DNA of 52,159 nucleotides from a virus (Duplodnaviria; Caudoviricetes): IMG/VR virus record IMGVR_UViG_3300022689_000138, positions 1 to 52,159 of that record; one strand, 5' to 3'. Shown piece by piece: positions 50,049 to 52,159 of this stretch (position 1 is its first letter; each line of letters starts with the position of its first letter). The notes under the pieces were generated by a model. It saw only the letters and a program-made list of their open reading frames with translations, ran no database searches and was not told where the DNA came from. The position numbers and the translations under genes were made by a program.

Positions 50049-50104
50049 TATAGATTTTGATACAAAATCTAAAGGAAAAATATAAACATATTAAATATTA
50101 ATAT

Positions 50105-51037
50105 ATGGAATTAAATGAAATTAAAGAGTTTTTAAGACAAAAACCTGGTTATCTTAAAGAAGGAGGAAAGAGACTTAGAGACACTTTATTTAAAAAGGGC
50201 TTTACTACTACAACTAAAAATTGTAAATTAGCTTTAAAACAGGTAAGAGATGAATTAAAAGCTAGACCGACTTTTAAACCTGTAGATGAAACTAAAATAT
50301 TATTTTATGATATAGAAGTTTCTTATGGATTAGCAAGGGCATGGAGACCTACATATAAAGGAGTTATTCACTACAGTGATTTTAAAGTACATCCAAAAAT
50401 TATATGTATATCATGGAAATGGTCTGGAGAAGATGAAGTTAGTACAGTACGATGGGATAAAAACCATGATGACACAGAATTATTAAAACAGTTTATTCCA
50501 GAAATGAATAAAGCTGATTTTATTGTAGCACATAATGGAGATAGATTTGATTTACCTTGGATTAAAACAAGAGCCTTGGCAAATAATATTAATATACATC
50601 CATCTTACAGTACAGTAGACACTTTAAAATTAGCAAGGTATGGGCATAAGTTTCCTTCAAATAGGCTAGATGATATAGGAGATTACTTGGGTATTGGTCG
50701 TAAGATTAAAACTGATATGCAATTATGGGATGATGTATTTGAAGGTAATGAAGAAGCTTTAGAAAAAATGATTGTGTATTGTGAACAAGACGTTAGATTA
50801 TTAGAAGATGTTTACAATGAATTATCTAAGCAAACTTTAGCACCATTACATAAAGGTGTATTAAATGGAGAAGTAAAAGCCACATCACCGTATACAGGTG
50901 GAGAAAATTTAGAATTAGTTAAGACTACTACTACAAGTTCAGGTACAGTAAGGCATTTAATGAAATGTTTAGATACTAACAAGTACTTTAAAATGTCTAA
51001 TACTAATTATAAAAAATGGAAAGAAATATATAATTAA
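50105..51037 (+). CDS. DEDDy 3'-5' exonuclease (RNase H-like fold)
   Basis: FYDIE, HNGDRFD, YCEQDV. Confidence 0.85.
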   Translation: MELNEIKEFLRQKPGYLKEGGKRLRDTLFKKGFTTTTKNCKLALKQVRDELKARPTFKPVDETKILFYDIEVSYGLARAWRPTYKGVIHYSDFKVHPKIICISWKWSGEDEVSTVRWDKNHDDTELLKQFIPEMNKADFIVAHNGDRFDLPWIKTRALANNINIHPSYSTVDTLKLARYGHKFPSNRLDDIGDYLGIGRKIKTDMQLWDDVFEGNEEALEKMIVYCEQDVRLLEDVYNELSKQTLAPLHKGVLNGEVKATSPYTGGENLELVKTTTTSSGTVRHLMKCLDTNKYFKMSNTNYKKWKEIYN

Positions 51038-51067
51038 TAGTATCTACTAGGAGTAGATCTTTTACTA

Positions 51068-51098
51068 ATTCCCTCTCTTCGGGGAGGGATTATTTTTT
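51068..51098 (+). terminator. Rho-independent terminator
   Basis: TCCCTCTC-TTCG-GGGAGGGA then ATTTTTT. Confidence 0.8.
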
Positions 51099-51105
51099 AA
51101 ATAAT

Positions 51106-51792
51106 ATGGCAAAGTTAGAAGAAATAGTCTATGATGTAAGAGAGGCTTTAAAGGAGTATGCAGATGATTCTGAATTAGATAACAGATACATTGTATATTT
51201 ATATAATATAAAAAGAGCTAAATATCTTAGACAACAATTAAATAACTATCAACAAAAAACTGATATATCTATTCAACAAACTTTTTGTTTGAGTATGGAA
51301 TTAGTTAGTGGCGATGAATGTAATGGCGATTGTCCTAAAATATTAAAAAGTACACAGCCTATTCCTATACCTTTAGAGTTACATTCTAGAGTTGCTATAA
51401 CAAGTGTAAAACCAACTGGAAGAACTGATATACCATTTAATTTTACTACTAAAGAGCGTATTCCTTTTTTAGAAGGTAGTTTATTTTCTAGAGGAATATA
51501 TGCTTTTCTAGATGTAGATAATCATATATATGCTACTAGTTTAAGTAATGCTTATAAATTACTTAGTTGTGTTACAGTTACTGGGGTATTTGAAAATCCA
51601 CTAGATTTAAAAGATTATAAAAATTGCTGTGATTGTAACCAAGAAAGTGAGGATATTTGTTTTGATGAATTAAACTCAGAATATCCATTACAACCTCATT
51701 TTATAGATCTTATTAAAAATGAAATAGTACAAGAATTAGCAGGTTTAAAACAAATCCCAGAAGATAGGGAAAATAACAGTACAGATTTATAA
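51106..51792 (+). CDS. Putative tail ring/tubular protein
   Basis: 228 aa; C-terminal EYPLQPHFIDLIKNEI; crAss-like tail module position. Confidence 0.6.
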   Translation: MAKLEEIVYDVREALKEYADDSELDNRYIVYLYNIKRAKYLRQQLNNYQQKTDISIQQTFCLSMELVSGDECNGDCPKILKSTQPIPIPLELHSRVAITSVKPTGRTDIPFNFTTKERIPFLEGSLFSRGIYAFLDVDNHIYATSLSNAYKLLSCVTVTGVFENPLDLKDYKNCCDCNQESEDICFDELNSEYPLQPHFIDLIKNEIVQELAGLKQIPEDRENNSTDL

Positions 51793-52159
51793 TGCAAAGA
51801 AACCATAGATTTAAATGTCATTTTGGCATGAATGATTACTATAAAAATTATACTAAAAAATACGGATATATAGAAAGATCTAAATATAGTAATTTAATTA
51901 CAGATTTTAATAAAGAAGTTGGTAAATTAATTACAGAAGAGAATTTAGAATATATAATACCTAAGTTAGGTTTTGAGCTACTTCTTATGAAGGATAAAAG
52001 AAAGCCTAGAATAGTTAATGGTAAACTTATAAATAATATACCTGTTGATTGGAAAAAAACTAATGGGCTTTGGGAAAGGGACTCAGACGCTAAAAAGAAA
52101 CAATTACTTGTAAGGGTTAATAATTCACATACATCTGGATATGTATATAGAATATATTT
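51792..52159 (+). CDS. Partial ORF running off the window
   Basis: MQRNHRFKCHFGMNDYYKNY... open to the end; TAATG overlap with the previous stop. Confidence 0.7.
   Translation, partial: MQRNHRFKCHFGMNDYYKNYTKKYGYIERSKYSNLITDFNKEVGKLITEENLEYIIPKLGFELLLMKDKRKPRIVNGKLINNIPVDWKKTNGLWERDSDAKKKQLLVRVNNSHTSGYVYRIY

Noticed and set aside
1-52159. CRISPR array, tRNA genes, diversity-generating retroelement
   Set aside because: No regularly spaced direct repeats, no cloverleaf recognised by eye and no reverse transcriptase in the window.

Overview
AT-rich phage DNA with the gene content and layout of a crAss-like (Crassvirales-type) phage, probably infecting a Bacteroidota/Flavobacteriaceae host (TTTG-N20-TAnnTTTG promoters, a T9SS-type cargo gene). 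Two arms diverge at about 15.1-15.2 kb. The minus-strand arm carries replication and accessory genes (family A DNA polymerase, DnaB-like helicase, metallophosphoesterase, spore-photoproduct-lyase-like radical SAM enzyme) and two long ORF-poor, stem-rich regions. The plus-strand arm carries intein-containing PhoH, GroES-like and GroEL genes, terminase, portal, major capsid and other virion genes, tail fibres, a lysis cassette and an exonuclease. Main observation: the helicase gene is split inside its Walker A motif by a 2,608-nt group I intron (6251-3644). The ribozyme core is scattered in separate pieces around four ORFs, none of which shows a homing-endonuclease motif, so a small operon sits inside a self-splicing intron. 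All calls come from manual reading of motifs and base-pairing; no database searches or folding programs were run.
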